A stretch of 64,000 nucleotides of DNA from Octopus bimaculoides (Eukaryota): the NCBI RefSeq assembly GCF_001194135.2, contig NC_068985.1, positions 16,476,275 through 16,540,274 on the forward strand. Direction: 5' to 3'. This document shows, one piece after another, positions 13,468 to 26,911 of this stretch (positions within the stretch are counted from its first letter, which is position 1; each line of letters starts with the position of its first letter). The notes below the pieces were generated by a model that was not told the DNA's origin, made no database searches, and saw only the letters and a list, made by a program, of their open reading frames with translations. A program made the translations under genes and the position numbers.

Positions 13468-14000
13468 TATTATCATTATCATACAACGTCCATTGTCCAT
13501 GCTGGCATGGGTTGGACGGTTTGATTGGGCTGGCACATTGAAAGGCTGCACCAGGCTCCAGTTTGATTTGGCATGGTTTTCTATGGCTGGATACCCTTCT
13601 TAATGCCAACTACTCTGAGAGTGTAATGGGTGCTTTAATGTGCCGCCAGCATGGGTGCCATTTGCGTAACACCAGTATCTATCATGACAGCAATTTTGCT
13701 TGGCTTGACGGGTGTTCTTCAGCAGAGCACATCACCAAAGGTCTCGGTCACTAGTCATTGTCTCTGTGAGGTTCAAAGTTCGAAGATCATGCTTCATCAC
13801 CTCGTCCCATGTCTTCCTGGGTCTACCTCCACCACAGGTTCTCTCCACAGTTAGAGATCAGCACTTTTTTTACACACCTGTCCTTGTCCATACACATCAC
13901 GACCATACCAGTGCAGCTGTCTCTCTTGCACACATCTGATTATTCTTATGCCTAACTTTTCTCTCAAGATGCTTATACTCTGTTGAACATGCACACAGAT
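13468..14000 (-). mobile_element. RTE-LINE 3' end (family C)
   Basis: Tail with tatcattatcat repeat. The upstream part decodes on the minus strand to the RTE C-terminus (GRPRKTW-like, from gtcccatgtcttcctgggtctacctc). Confidence 0.85.
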
Positions 14001-15127
14001 AAGGGAAATTAAGAACAGATGTTTATTCCATTAGTTGACAGCTGTTTTATAATCTATGTTAATTAAATAAGCAAAGCTACATAATCCATCACACATATAT
14101 AAATGAACATACATCAGAATTTACACCTATAAACATAATTTGTGCTATAAAGAAAGAGATTACTCTTCAGAACATTTGATGGCAAGTTTACACCAGACTC
14201 TAAATATCAGCAAAAAACAATACTATTAATACTATTCAAAATAAGCTCACTGAGTTAGAGACATTTCTTTGTTATTCTCACCATTGGAAGTGCCATGAAC
14301 CAGTGATTAATCCAATGAAAACATGTAATCAATGATGTTATAGTTCACAATGGAAATTAATAACATGTGCATCTATGAAAGAACTGTTCTAACTATACAC
14401 AACATAAAGCTTATATTGATTACATTTCTTATACTGATTTCGAACATGTGATCAATATTAGTTTCTTACTTAAGTACAAAGTCAGTTTTATATGAAAGAT
14501 TTATAGTCAATTGAATTAAATTCAATACTTTATATGTACTTATTTGATTCACTGTGGAGAGATGAAATTTTAATTCACTTCCAGCAGGATTTCAGATCAA
14601 AATCTTAAGCTCCAAAATTATGCCTTGTAATACCTGGAATTCAAAAATTCTATCTCAGCTAACACCACTATTCAAAATATAGTCAATATATTCTGTAAAT
14701 GAAGAGAAGCTTCATGATGATAATGTGTGGAAAGAATGGAATTAAAGACAGCAGTGTGTTTGGAAGATAAATGCAAAGAGGAACAATGCAACATATTTAA
14801 ACAGTGATTGGCAATAAAGGTTTACAATAAGGTTATTTTAAGAAAGTAACAATAAAAGGAGTTCATAATATAAATAAAATTAATTACTGATCAAGTAAAA
14901 ATTTTTAAAATAAGAAAAAAATTGCAGAAACATAAACAAGAAACAAAATTGAAATATTCTTGAAAAATTCCAGATTTTATTTTCAATATTATTTTTTTTT
15001 TTGTGTAGCAAAATTTGATCCTTAAAAGAGCAAATATACTTCAAGTTCATGTCAAACAATAAAATATATCCTTAAAATTTTTTACATATGTCTACAAGGG
15101 TAATCCTGGAATGGGTCCTACATTCAT

Positions 15128-16684
15128 TCAAAAGTGTCGTGTAACTGCATTCATCAAACAATATGTGTGATCAGACATCATGTTTGCATTCCAGTTGTGT
15201 GAGCAAATAAAATCATCTTCTTCTAGGCAGTATGTATGATCTGTACCTTTTCCATCAGGTTCTTTTTGGAGCTTAGCATCAAAACAATATGTATGATCAA
15301 AGGAAGGCTGATTCTCTTTTGCAGCTTGAAGTGAAAAGCTTAGTTTCTCCCAGTCTGTTTTAACTGACCTATTCCCAAATGTTTTCAAATTATTCATATT
15401 AGAAATTATGCCTTTTTTATGAGAATATGTGTGGTCGGGTTTAGAAATATTTGAACAATGTACTGTGGTTTCAACTGGTTGATCAAGGCAATTGTTTTTA
15501 CTTGACTTTTTCAGGGGTGTACTCACTGGTTGAGAGTTTTGGTTATGCTGAGTATTCAGAGGTATGGGTCTCCCAGAATTACTGCAATTATCTGTATGAG
15601 AAAAATGATGTACAAGCTGCAAAGATGAATCCTCTTGAGTGTTTGTCTTCTTTTCACTACAATGAACTCCAATACTGTATGTATGGTCAGGTTTCAATTT
15701 TCTTGCATTTTTCTCAGGCACAAGTTCGCTATTACAAGCTGAAGGTTCTAATTGTAACGTATCACCAAGCATGTTAGTGCTACGACCTGAGCTGTACGTG
15801 TGATCAGATTCGATATTGGGCTTGTTAGAATCAGATTGAATCACTGATGGTTTTTGACTGGAATGTGAAGATTTTACTTTCCTTTTACAAAGGCGAGATT
15901 TTTTAGCATGTGACCAATATGTGTGATCTGGTTGTAACTGATTTTTCTCAATGCTATTTGAATGACACTTACTTTTGTTGCCAAATGCAAGTGGGTTCGT
16001 TTCATTCCCATCATTCAACTCCTGGCTGGCATTGAAACAATATGTATGATCAGGTTTATACTGTTGATCAAAACTACAGTTACCTTTGGGCGATACTGAC
16101 TGTTCATCAACCTGTTTTGTACCTGAGCAGCTTCTTGCACCTTCACTCGAAGGAACAGCTTTCAATGAACAGCTTGATTTTTGTTGATCAGAATTTTGTT
16201 TTGTGTGCAATTCAATATGTTTGATAAGTTCATTTGATTTTGTAAATATTTTTTTACAATATCCACATTTAAAAGGATTTTTCGTCATGTGGCTTCCTGA
16301 ATGATTTCCTAAATGTGTACCTAAATTACTCGATGATGTAAAAGACTTTTCACAAAGGTTACATTGGAACAGTTTCTCATCAGAATGTACCCTCATGTGT
16401 CTGCTTAGGTTGCTATTATGTGCAAAAAGTTTTTGACAAAAAGTGCATTCATATAAGAAGTGTATCTTTAAATTCTTTGAAAGACCTTTGGAATAAAAAA
16501 ATGGCTTCAAAAAACATTTTTTACCAGAATTTTCTGTGTTATGGTTTTTAAAATATTTATTTAAATGGCTCTGAAAGGGGAAATTTTTTTTGTGGAAATC
16601 AAACATTGTAGGTCTTCCAATATTGCTTTTAGGTAAAGTTTTCTTAGAGTTCATTACACCAGTAGATTTTCCTTCACAATTCAT
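15128..16684 (-). CDS. C2H2 zinc-finger protein (3 intact + 2 degenerate N-terminal fingers) with eight DHTY motifs; 518 aa, single coding exon
   Basis: Uninterrupted 518-codon ORF. Fingers: YECTFC..HMRVH, FQCNLC..HLGNH, FKCGYC..HIELH, with linker HSDEKLF. DHTY at 16040-51, 15917-28, 15794-805, 15677-88, 15425-36, 15287-98, 15230-41 and 15161-72. Confidence 0.9.
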   Translation of the reverse strand: MNCEGKSTGVMNSKKTLPKSNIGRPTMFDFHKKNFPFQSHLNKYFKNHNTENSGKKCFLKPFFYSKGLSKNLKIHFLYECTFCQKLFAHNSNLSRHMRVHSDEKLFQCNLCEKSFTSSSNLGTHLGNHSGSHMTKNPFKCGYCKKIFTKSNELIKHIELHTKQNSDQQKSSCSLKAVPSSEGARSCSGTKQVDEQSVSPKGNCSFDQQYKPDHTYCFNASQELNDGNETNPLAFGNKSKCHSNSIEKNQLQPDHTYWSHAKKSRLCKRKVKSSHSSQKPSVIQSDSNKPNIESDHTYSSGRSTNMLGDTLQLEPSACNSELVPEKNARKLKPDHTYSIGVHCSEKKTNTQEDSSLQLVHHFSHTDNCSNSGRPIPLNTQHNQNSQPVSTPLKKSSKNNCLDQPVETTVHCSNISKPDHTYSHKKGIISNMNNLKTFGNRSVKTDWEKLSFSLQAAKENQPSFDHTYCFDAKLQKEPDGKGTDHTYCLEEDDFICSHNWNANMMSDHTYCLMNAVTRHF

Positions 16685-18729
16685 TATGTGGGCTAAAGCT
16701 CATTTAAAACATTTGATATTCGATGAGACTTTGTTACTTTCATTTTTTAAGCATAAGGTTAATTAGAAAAATATTTCTTTCTTTATTATTCTTCAGTTAG
16801 AGACACATTCTTGAAAATTCTCAATTAAATGGCTTGAAGCTGAAATAAATACAGGAAAAAAAATGGAAATTGAAATATATTGGAACATTTTTACACACAC
16901 ACACACACTACCACCACCACCACCAACAACAACAACATCAATAACAGCAGCTGTCTGAAACCCATTTCTATGCAAAAGTAAAAGCTTGCTTTGCAGGCCC
17001 CATGGTAGCCTAATTATTTTCAGCATAGTTCTCTTTTAATGGCCTCTTAGAACACACAAACATACAGTGTACCTATTCCAAAAGTGGAATACAAATTGTA
17101 AATATGTGTATTTATATGTATATTCATTCATATTGAGTCTGGTTTTGTTGTTGCTGATGATGATGGCAGGGGTGATGCAATTAAAATTGAAAGGGAGTTG
17201 AAATGTGAAAATTTCTTCTGTGGCACACAGGTTTACAGGACTTGGATTCATCATTAATTAAACAGTGTTGCTTGCTGCTAAATATACCTGCTTAAAAGGA
17301 CTGGGTCATAGTGATATATGTCTTAGCTATGGATATAATACTGTTCCATTGACAGTTATAAGATTCAGCAGCATTTTAGCCAACAAACCAACACCAATCA
17401 GACTTCACAATTCAAAAATGTCAAACAATTTGGTGTCTGTGTTTAAGATTTTCTATTTAATTTGTAAAGATAAAATGTCAACATAAGAGTTCAAATCCCA
17501 TCCAGATTGACTTTGCTTTCCTCCCACTGAGGGTAATAAAATAAATATCAGATAAAGTATTGGGGACAATATAATCACTTAAACTCCAAGGTAGCAAACC
17601 AATGACTAAAGCCAATAAAAGAATGAAAGACATGTCATAAAACTTCAAATGAGTGATATTTACCAACTCAGCCATACAAGATATCCATTTATTCATTCGC
17701 TCACCCATCACTCTATCCACTCACAATAAATAGTCATCCATTGCTGTTTTAATAAATTTGAAATTAATTTTACATAAACTTAAGTGAAATAATTTGAAAT
17801 ATAAATAAGTTTATTTCAAATAAAATTAAATAAAATAAATTAAATAAGAGATAAAAATAAAAATTAAACTTAATATTATTTAGCATGTGATGTTAGAGGG
17901 GTGGTCAGAACTTCTCACTTGTAAAGCTTTCATATAATCTATATTAATAAAAGTGAAATTCTACCTGTCCATCTTTGAGCCTTGTATCGCAGTCTACATT
18001 TGCCCTACAGAGACATATTATACCTTTTGGAATCAGGATAATCCCGCGATTGAAAATCTGCCCTTCATTTGGTTCTTGAGCATCCAGTATTGGAATCTGA
18101 TTTAAAAGCATTTCGGTTGCTATTTCTAGCAGATAAAGCTTGGCTGATTCATACCATCTTGCTTGGTGTTTGTCAGATGACATCAGAGATCAAGGGGGAG
18201 ATAAGTGACATTCGCTTTGTTACTTATACGTTGAGATAAGAACTTTGGGACAAATTGGCAAACAGTTGGAATTCAACTTGGGACTGTAAAGATTTCATTA
18301 CAGAATTAATTCTCATCTGTCCTTAATTTCTGATGAAACACCACCAGGGCATATAGTCATGCTATTTAGCTCTCTTTAATTTTGGGCTGCAGGCCCAAAC
18401 AGCCCTCCACAGGAGCTAGCTTAAAAGTCTGCATGGAGGGCAGCTTTTAAGGTAGTATAAAACAAAACAAAAATGAAAAAAAAATAATAACCCTTGTACC
18501 ACAGGAGCCAGCCTAATGCTGAAAGAAATTATATTTATCTCTCATATTTCATTTAATCTATTTTATAAGAGAAAAAAATGGAAACAGAGATGTGTATTTT
18601 AAAATACATCATCTCTTTGAGTTCCTAAATGATAGCAATTAGATGTAGGGACACTGATCTAAGTGGGGTGGTTTAGCAAAATCAGGGTACAGTAACACAA
18701 AATTTCACGTGGGATTTAGTTATGTAGTT

Positions 18730-19640
18730 TTACAAATGCATTCAGGTTCCACCAGAGTAAACTATACTTTTCAGATGAAAATATGAAGCAGGGTGTGTCT
18801 CAGGGAGATTCACTCTCTCTGTTTCATGACTCCATTACTTTCTCTGACAAGCATGCTGAGAACATCCAGATCTACTTATAAGCTTGTTCAAACCTGGGTA
18901 AAAATAAATCATCTGTGCTATAGAAATGACCTCTAACTATGCACCAAAAGTGAAAAAAACTTGGATTCTCTTGTTCAATAAGTAATCCCATTTAGCAAGG
19001 ATACTAGTATGCAGCATAAGGTGAATAACTGTGCAGATTTAGTTATGAAGAAGTCGGACGATGAAATCTGATAGCATAAAGATACCATCTTGTGGTATCT
19101 TTATATCACAGAGAGAATGAAGAATACAATCACCTAGGCATGTTGTAGGAAGATAAAGTAATGGAAAGAGAAGTGTGAGAAAGTCTCAAAAGAATACAAG
19201 AGAAAAAGTAAGAAGGTGCTTGAAACAAAACTAAGTGGAAATAGGGAGTTGATACACGAGTCATGTCAGTGTTGAGGTACTCGTTCTTTAAAGTGAACAA
19301 AAAAGAATTGCATCAAAGAACTGAACTCATCAAAGTTGATAACAGTGATAAGAGTTGAGGATGGCCATATCTTCAATGTAAGAACAGATAGATAGCTGTT
19401 TCTGGAAAGCAGCAATCTTAGAAGAATTAGGGATAACAGAGTGGAACCAGAGCAACAAGAAGTCTTAATCATTGATGTCCTGCTGAAAGTTTTGGTTGTT
19501 TGGTTCCTGTAAGGATAGATTTCACCATTTGGAAAGATATAACCAACAAAGCAGAGATGGCTAAGGAAAGAAGAGATTTGTGTCTTGTAAAGAAATGGGA
19601 TACAAAGAATGCAAATTAAAGCTGCTATGTATGCTCAGGG
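18730..19640 (+). mobile_element. Second, more decayed R4/Dong-like LINE remnant
   Basis: GVSQGDSLS..KINHLCY..DL..KSEKNLDSLVQ..KVNNCA..; later SVLRYS..KKEL. Colinear with the 5664-7160 element. Confidence 0.7.
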
Positions 19641-19912
19641 CTGAAATGGTAGCGACAGATATTAACGTAGAAAATTTAGCATTGTTCTTGTAATTTGGTA
19701 TTTTCATATTTAGAGTTTAGTTATATGGAAGAAAAGGGGGAAAAAAACTAAGTCTTTAGAGCTAATGTTAACCCCTGTGCCAAATCTTCAGGAGGAAACA
19801 GTTGTCTCATAAATCTTTGGTCATAAGAAATTAGTCCCAGCCTTGAATTAGGACAGAAAACCTCATGAGATTATATAGAAACAAAAAGATCAGCTTATCA
19901 ATGTGTTATTAA

Positions 19913-20127
19913 CCCTTTCATTACCAACCCAGCTGAAACTGGCTCTGTAGTACAAGTGTCTTGTTTTCATCAGTTTTGAATTAAAATCTTCCACCAAACC
20001 TGAGTCATAATTTATGTTCCTAACACTAGCTGAATGATAACTAAGTTATTTTACTAAATTCTTTGTTATATTTAAAGTAATTGAAAGAAACACAGAACAT
20101 CTCAAAATAAATACAGTAACGAAAGGG
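19913..20127. mobile_element. piggyBac-like MITE
   Basis: TTAA at 19909-12 and 20128-31 flanks TIRs ccctttcattac / gtaacgaaaggg. Confidence 0.85.
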
Positions 20128-20689
20128 TTAAAAGGTACAAGCACCCATCTGTTTCTACAAAAGAATTAACAGAAGATTCATGTCTTTTGGAAAATGATGT
20201 ACATTTAGTTATTTACACTTATAACATCAACTGTATTAAGTCAGCTGACTTTTGATTAAAAGTGTTCCAGCATGATCATCCCATCTTCACCCACCAGATG
20301 CAGTATCTAAGATTACATTGTCCAATACATTTTTTCCTATTTTAAGACAGTAAGATGTCTACTTTAGAAAGCCAAATGACTATATGGAGCAGAAGTTCTA
20401 AACATGTACAGTACCACTCTCAAGGGGACAGTGAGCATGTTGAAGTGGGTGTTAGGCTTTAGGGGACAATGCGATAACATGATTAAGATACTAAATTTTA
20501 CCTTTTAGTATCAAAAAGATCAGCTTGTTAATGTGTTATTAACTCTTTCATAAACATAAACAGCCAGAAGAAATACAGCAAGGCATTTTGTCTAAAGCTC
20601 TAATAATTCTGCCAACCCATGGCTGTCATATGAAATAATAAATCTTTCTATTATAGGCACAAAGTTTACAATAGTAATAATAATTCTTT

Positions 20690-21185
20690 CTACTTTAGGC
20701 ACAAAGCTTGACATTTTGAGGGAGGGGGTATCTAATCGATTATATCGACCCCAGTGCATAACTGGTACCTATTTCATTAACTCCGTAAGGATGAAAAGCA
20801 AAGTTGACCTTGGCAGAATTTGAACTCAAAATGTAAAGATGGACAAACTGCTGCTAAGCATTTTGCCTGGCATGCTAACAATTCTACCAGCTTGCCCCAA
20901 ATCCTTTCTACTATAGGCATATGGCCGTAATTTTTTTTTTTTTTTTGTGGGGGGGGGAACTAATCGATTACATCAACCCCAGTGTTTCACTAGTACTTCA
21001 TTTATCGGCCCCACAAGGATGAAAGGCAAAGTCGATCTTGGCGGAATTTGAACTCAGGTTTCAAATTTTGACACAAACCCAGCAATTTCAGGGGTGGGGG
21101 TTTGTCGATTACATTGACCTCAGTGTTCAACTGTTATTTATTTTATTGACCCCAAAATGCAAAGTCGACCTCTGCAGCATTTGTA
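20690..21185 (-). mobile_element. Cluster of about three SINE family B copies/fragments
   Basis: Repeated atcgattatatcgacccc..actggtac..aaggatgaaaggcaaagtcgac..gaatttgaactc (reverse complement of 7217-7682). Confidence 0.8.
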
Positions 21186-21289
21186 CTTAGAACATAATAA
21201 TAATAATAAAATCCTTTAGGCGTGGAGTACAAAGCTATTTGATAGAGAGATAATTGGTTCAATTCATGCAAGCACTTTTTTCATCAGCA

Positions 21290-22531
21290 AACAAGCAAAT
21301 CGAACCTCGATATATACAGGGTCAAATAAGAGGAAAGAGTAGAGCTCGTGACCTTTGTGAACCCCTCAATGACTGATGACATTGATACGATTAAGGTTCA
21401 GTTAGAATATCTCTGCAAGTTAACGTCTGCTGGAGAAACGTTCTGGGTGTGCGGTGAAGGCCTAGGTATAATGGTAAGTGTTGGACCTGACGAACAATAC
21501 ATAGGAGATAGGTGACGCGAAATAAAATAAGGTATATTGGGTGAACTTAGATGGAGGGGTATGCAACGAACTAGTTCAGAGGAACAATACTTATAAGGTA
21601 CCGAAATAGACAATATAGAGAACTCAGCCTCTCTCTAATGTACGTTCCGAATAAATATTTGGGAAATCAAACCCTTTTTTTTTTTTTTCTTTTTTACATA
21701 TTTAGAAGGTTGTCTTCGTGAGTTACACAAAACGAAAAAACATACTTAATTCTTACGAAGATTTAGAAATAAAATGTCCCAAACCCCACTTATATCAGAT
21801 GAACTAAGTTATCGGTAAATAAAATAACACATTTTGAATGACACCAAACCGAAAGAACACAAAATATAATTTGACAAATATAAGGTAACCAAATATAGAT
21901 ATACTATATATAAAGAGATATAACACAAGATATTAGATAAATATTTGAAGTGAATATCGTTGTTAGTTCCTTTAAAAACTCGATTGTTACAAGTTATTTT
22001 TGCTTAACAACTTACAAAGTGATTCGCTTGAAAATGACGTGTTGGAGGGGAGGGGAAACATTGTCGAAAAATGCGAAGCCACACATAGTGGCGGCCACGT
22101 GTAAGTCCGGTTTAACTAGATGATGGTCACTATTAGGACATATATCACACAGAAAGACAGGGTTTAAAGAAATCTGCCCTGCTGTGGAAGCCTGTTGAAA
22201 ATTCAAGGACTTTGTACTGACTAAACAGGGTAATGTGTGGTTTTACATACCTGAACTTCGTTGAGAAAAGTAACTCATAAATTAATTAAATTAATTTTGA
22301 AATATTACAAAATTAATTAATTAAGATTTTATATTTTAGTTTCAAACTTTTTTTTAAAGAAATTAAACATTGAAATAAATCTCTAGAATTTTTTTCAATT
22401 TCTTTGCGACAACAACAAACAGAACCCCGTAAACCCAGTGGCTAAAATGAATATAAAAATGCTAACTCATCTTAGATTTCGTTAATAGAATTATATAAAT
22501 TTAGCCAGTCAAATTTATGTGATAACCTAAT

Positions 22532-22566
<35 letters not shown>

Positions 22567-23060
22567 AACAGAACAGGATTTAGTTAACTAACATCTGGAT
22601 TGTGGAAACAATAACCAATTAAGATCCATTGAGCCATTTTAGCTAATTATTAAATAAAAACTGTTTTGTAGAGCATCAGTATAAAGAAAATAACATCCCA
22701 AATTAGGAATACGATTGTTTGAGGGGTTGTGGCTTCAGAAAGATAAAGGTAGACATACAACAACCGACTATAGGTACATAGATATACGACAAAAACAGAA
22801 CACCTTACCTTTCCGTTCATAAACATAGTGTTTGGTTGAAGGGTCAAATCTACTTCTGTCTGTGTTATGCAAGATGAAACGCAAAGGGTTGAGGGGGAAA
22901 CTCTTTCATGATTACCTCCCTTGAACAGCTGAATTGGCGTTTCCGGGTCCAGGAAATGTACTTTCGTTAATACGTCGAAGGTGTGATATGGTACGTTCTT
23001 ATCATACGACAGGAGAAATACAAATGGTCATTATGAAAGTCTTCAATGAATGTGATAGTC
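21290..23060. promoter_or_regulatory. Putative promoter/5'-exon region, possibly bidirectional, upstream of the DHTY zinc-finger gene
   Basis: Non-repetitive and visibly CpG-richer than flanks. Strong minus-strand donors CAG|GTATGT (22251/22250) and AAG|GTAAGG (22810/22809); plus-strand donor ATG|GTAAGT (21473/21474). Confidence 0.3.
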
Positions 23061-23509
23061 GTATGCGCTGGAGATTATGTTATACTACAAACTTTATTTA
23101 TACACACAAAAAACATGCATACACGTCATTAGTGTGTCATCTGGAGCGTGAAAACCAGTTTCCAGTTAATAAAATTCTTTTTATTGCTCACAAAGGAAGT
23201 TTAAAAAATATATTTCGGAACGGTGATTTTAAAAAATTAGTTCAACCACAGAAAACATCATAAATTTAACAATATAAAAAAGCAACTAAGTGAGTGAGAG
23301 AAAAAGAGAGTTATTATTTTGAAGTTTCTTTGAGAGTAACAACAAAGCATTGACTGATAGAATCAATACTGAATGTTGAGTCGACCACTGGATAAATAAG
23401 CTATTATCGACATCTTTATGACTTTTAATAAATCTGTCTATTGTCACAAATGAAAAGATAGTTTTTAGCTTTGTTTACTGATACCAATTTTCTCTAGATT
23501 ATTTTTATT

Positions 23510-23860
23510 TTATACAATACTGGCACTTGTGCCGGTGGCATGTGAACAAAACATTGGACTGACTCCTGTGCAAGTGGCACGTAGAAAACACCATTCGAGC
23601 GTGACCGTTGCCAGTACNNNNNNNNNNAAGTGGCACGTAGAAAACACCATTCGAGCGTGACCGTTGCCAGTACAGCCGGACTGGCCCTCGTGCTAGTGGC
23701 ACGTAAAAAGCACCCACTACACTCTCGGAGTGGTTCAGCTGTAGGAATTCTGCCAGATCAGATTGGAGTCTGGTGTAGCCATCTGGTTCGCCAGTCCCCA
23801 GTCAAATCGTTCAACCCATGCTAGCATAGAAAGCGGACGTAAAATGATGATGATGATGAT
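23510..23860 (+). mobile_element. RTE-tail repeat (family C)
   Basis: Ends ccatgctagcatagaaagcggacgtaaaatgatgatgatg and contains internal gtggcacgtaaaaa tandem subunits. Spans a 10-N gap. Confidence 0.8.
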
Positions 23861-26364
23861 GAATTATAAATAGTTTACATAGGGAACCAGTGAAGGAGCT
23901 TCTGTTTGATCATTCAACCCACTTGAAATAGTCCCTAAATCTCACTGCCAACCCCAAAATCACATCCTTCCTTCTTACAAGAAGAATGTATTGGATAATC
24001 TGATGTTAGGTACACTATGTTTGAATAAAAGAGGGGTTGGTCAATGCTAGAATGCTTCATGTCATAGTTATGTTCAGTCAGAGTTTACTGGGAATAAACT
24101 GCAACCTTGCAGCTACCATTCAAATTATATTATGCTTTGCATTCACCAAACTAATTATTCACCTTTTCAGCTCTTTAATCTCTTTCTCTTTTTTTCTCCT
24201 TTAACGTCATGTGGAGCATATGGTACCAACAAGAAATTTCCACCTGTCTCTTTCTTTGACAAGGGACTGCATTTGTCTCAAGGTGTAACCACCTGCCAAT
24301 GCTTCAGTTTCTGTAGTTGTTTTTTATTGTCAGGCTTGTGTCTCACTGAGGTGTCAATTAGAGGACTTGCTTCGAATGTTGGAAACAGGTTTCCATGGGG
24401 TGTGCCATTTTCTCCTCTTGAGACAAATTATATGCCTATCAAATCATACTTAACTTAATCTTCTCCAACTATGATCAATATTATGATTTCACTGTTCTAC
24501 AGCCACATAGCATCACATTTTTATATGAAACATCCTCTTTTACATTTACAGAAAATGCTACTGTTAATGGCAAACTTTTTCCAGAGAGTATGCTTTCAGT
24601 TGCCACCTCGAAGTTTCCTCAAATATCTCGGTTAAAAAGTTTATTTCATAATTTATTAATTACGAAATCAATAAACAGACTTATATACTGGTTGTTTCAG
24701 TTGATGTTTGTTAAATGTCTGCCTCAAACACATTTCAAAGTAAGATAAATTCTCATAATTGAAGAAATGGTGATGCTTTGTGCTAGCAGCAGTTAGTTCA
24801 TAAGCTAAGTTATGAGCGACTTCTGTAAGCTCAGTCCCCAGAGGAGCATAGAATTTAGCATTTTGAGGTTTGTTCTTTGTCAAACACTATTTTCCTTCAC
24901 TCTTAACTGAAGGGCAACACCCTAAATGTTAGATTCTACACTGCTCACAGTAACTGGTAACAGGAAACTTAGTCAAAATTCAACCTGTTAATCTTTCAAT
25001 TTGCTGCTAATGGAACTTGGTTTATACTTGTGTATAAACTAAGTTCTATTAGCAACAAATTGAGCGTAAGTTACTGAATAGTTTGTCAATTAATATTGGT
25101 TAAACTAATGCTATTATCAAGCCTTTACTCATGATAATTTTAACTTTATCATTCTACAATCTTCTTATTACCATCTTTACTGTGCTGATCATGATCAGGA
25201 GAACCACAAGCCTCAAGTTTTCAGATTTGATTCTAGAACAGGCAGCAGCTTACATTGATCTCTTCCAGCTATTTTTAAACAGAAATTATAATTTTTGTTA
25301 TTTTGTATCAGAAATGTTGTCGCAATCAACTTTGTTGTTTAATTCCAAGTCAACCTTGATCAGGAAGACCTGAAAGTAACTTTTTACTGTTGTCTTCTTC
25401 ATTGCTGTTCATCTTACACACATTCTCTCCGGGTTTGGTGTAGCCCACCTAACATAATTGGCATTTAAATAAAATTTTAAATCAAAGATATTCCTTGTCA
25501 ACCTTTTCATTCTCTAAGCAGCATTTGAGAAAAATCTTAAATGCTTAACAAATTATAAGGTCTCTTAGTCATCATTGCTTTGTGCTCATTTTTACCATAA
25601 GGTTTTCCAGCACAGCATTTTACCAAACACCATAATCTTTCATCAGATATACACACAACAGCAGTGAGAAATGTCAATTTTTGCAGTGTGTGCCATGTTT
25701 TTTTTTATCAAGCTACCCACAGTTGAGAGTTGTCTGCAGTAGAACTAAACAGCCTCTTCTATCCTATATCAGTTTTATTCCGTTGCTGCTCTCCTAGACA
25801 GGATGCCTTTGCAGCACATTGTAGAGTTTTCTCCAGGCAATCAAAGTAAAATTATTTTCATTACCAGTGCCAACTAGTCAGCAAGAAGGCTCACAGCAGT
25901 TAAGTACGCTGGGAATGATTGTCTCCATAACTGATAGAGTAAGCTTAGTTCTAAGCTCACAGCATCACTCAGGCATAGAAGATTTCTTTGACATAAAGCA
26001 AAGGGAGCTTTCACTGTTCTGAAGCAGTTTCATCATTGAATGGATAGAAATTATTGCAATGGACTAATGGGAATAAGCTGTCAGGATAGATTGAGTCAGC
26101 TAGAGACATGTGCTTCCTGAAGCTATTATATATAATGTTAATAACTGGTTTTAATGAGACTAATTGATATATACTTGGGTTAAAACAAAACATTTTTACA
26201 AGGTTCGCTCTCTCTCATTGGCTAGTGATGGTCACTTGTTTTGGTGCTTTATCTTCACCGCCAAATTCCAGCCCAAAGAAACAAATTACATGAGAGTTCA
26301 AATGGGTCAGGCAAATGAAAATTGGTTCTTTGGTATGCCATCTGCACTTGTGTGGTAATCTCTT

Positions 26365-26745
26365 TACTCTTTTGCTTGTTTCAGTCATTTGACTGTGGCC
26401 ATGCTGGAGCACCGCCTTTAGTCGAGCAAATCGACCCCAGGACTTATTCTTTGTAAGCCTAGTACTTATTCTATCGGTCTCTTTTACCAAACCGCTAAGT
26501 TACAGGGACGTAAACACACCAGCATCAGTTGNNNNNNNNNNGGGGGGGGTACAAACACAGACACACAAATACTTACATATATGTGTATACAACAGGCTTC
26601 TTTCGGTTTCCATCTACCAAATCTACTCACAAAGCTTTGGTCGGCCCGAGGCTATAGTAGAAGACACTTGCCCAAGGTGCCAAGCAGTGGGACTGAACCC
26701 GGAGTCATGTGGTTAGTAAGCAAGCTACTTACTACACAGCCACTC
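26365..26745 (-). mobile_element. tRNA-derived SINE family A
   Basis: Reverse complement of the 42068-42437 copy (agacacttgcccaagg, gggactgaaccc). Confidence 0.85.
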
Positions 26746-26911
26746 CTGTGCTTAATCATATATCATTTTTTTAAAAATTTTAATTTAATTTAATTTAATT
26801 TAATTAAAAATTTTTTTTTAATTTTAATGCACTAATGTCTCATCTTTTTGAACCAAGATATGTTTCTAATACTTAATCAGTATTTAATTTATATAAGTTA
26901 AATTATTGATT

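Noticed and set aside
15451-16224. Plus-strand ORFs inside the DHTY-ZNF gene
   Set aside because: Antisense shadows of a real coding sequence.
19885-20550. ~38-bp direct duplication (aaaaagatcagctt..gtgttattaac.ctttca) at ~19885 and ~20513
   Set aside because: Probably fragments of another dispersed repeat or a local duplication; no functional signal.
24660-26200. Unique, coding-like degraded sequence; KLFSLPVPTS..STLGMIVS..RVSL faintly resembles the hAT C-terminal dimerisation motif
   Set aside because: Too many stops and frameshifts, no TIRs found; the resemblance could be chance.
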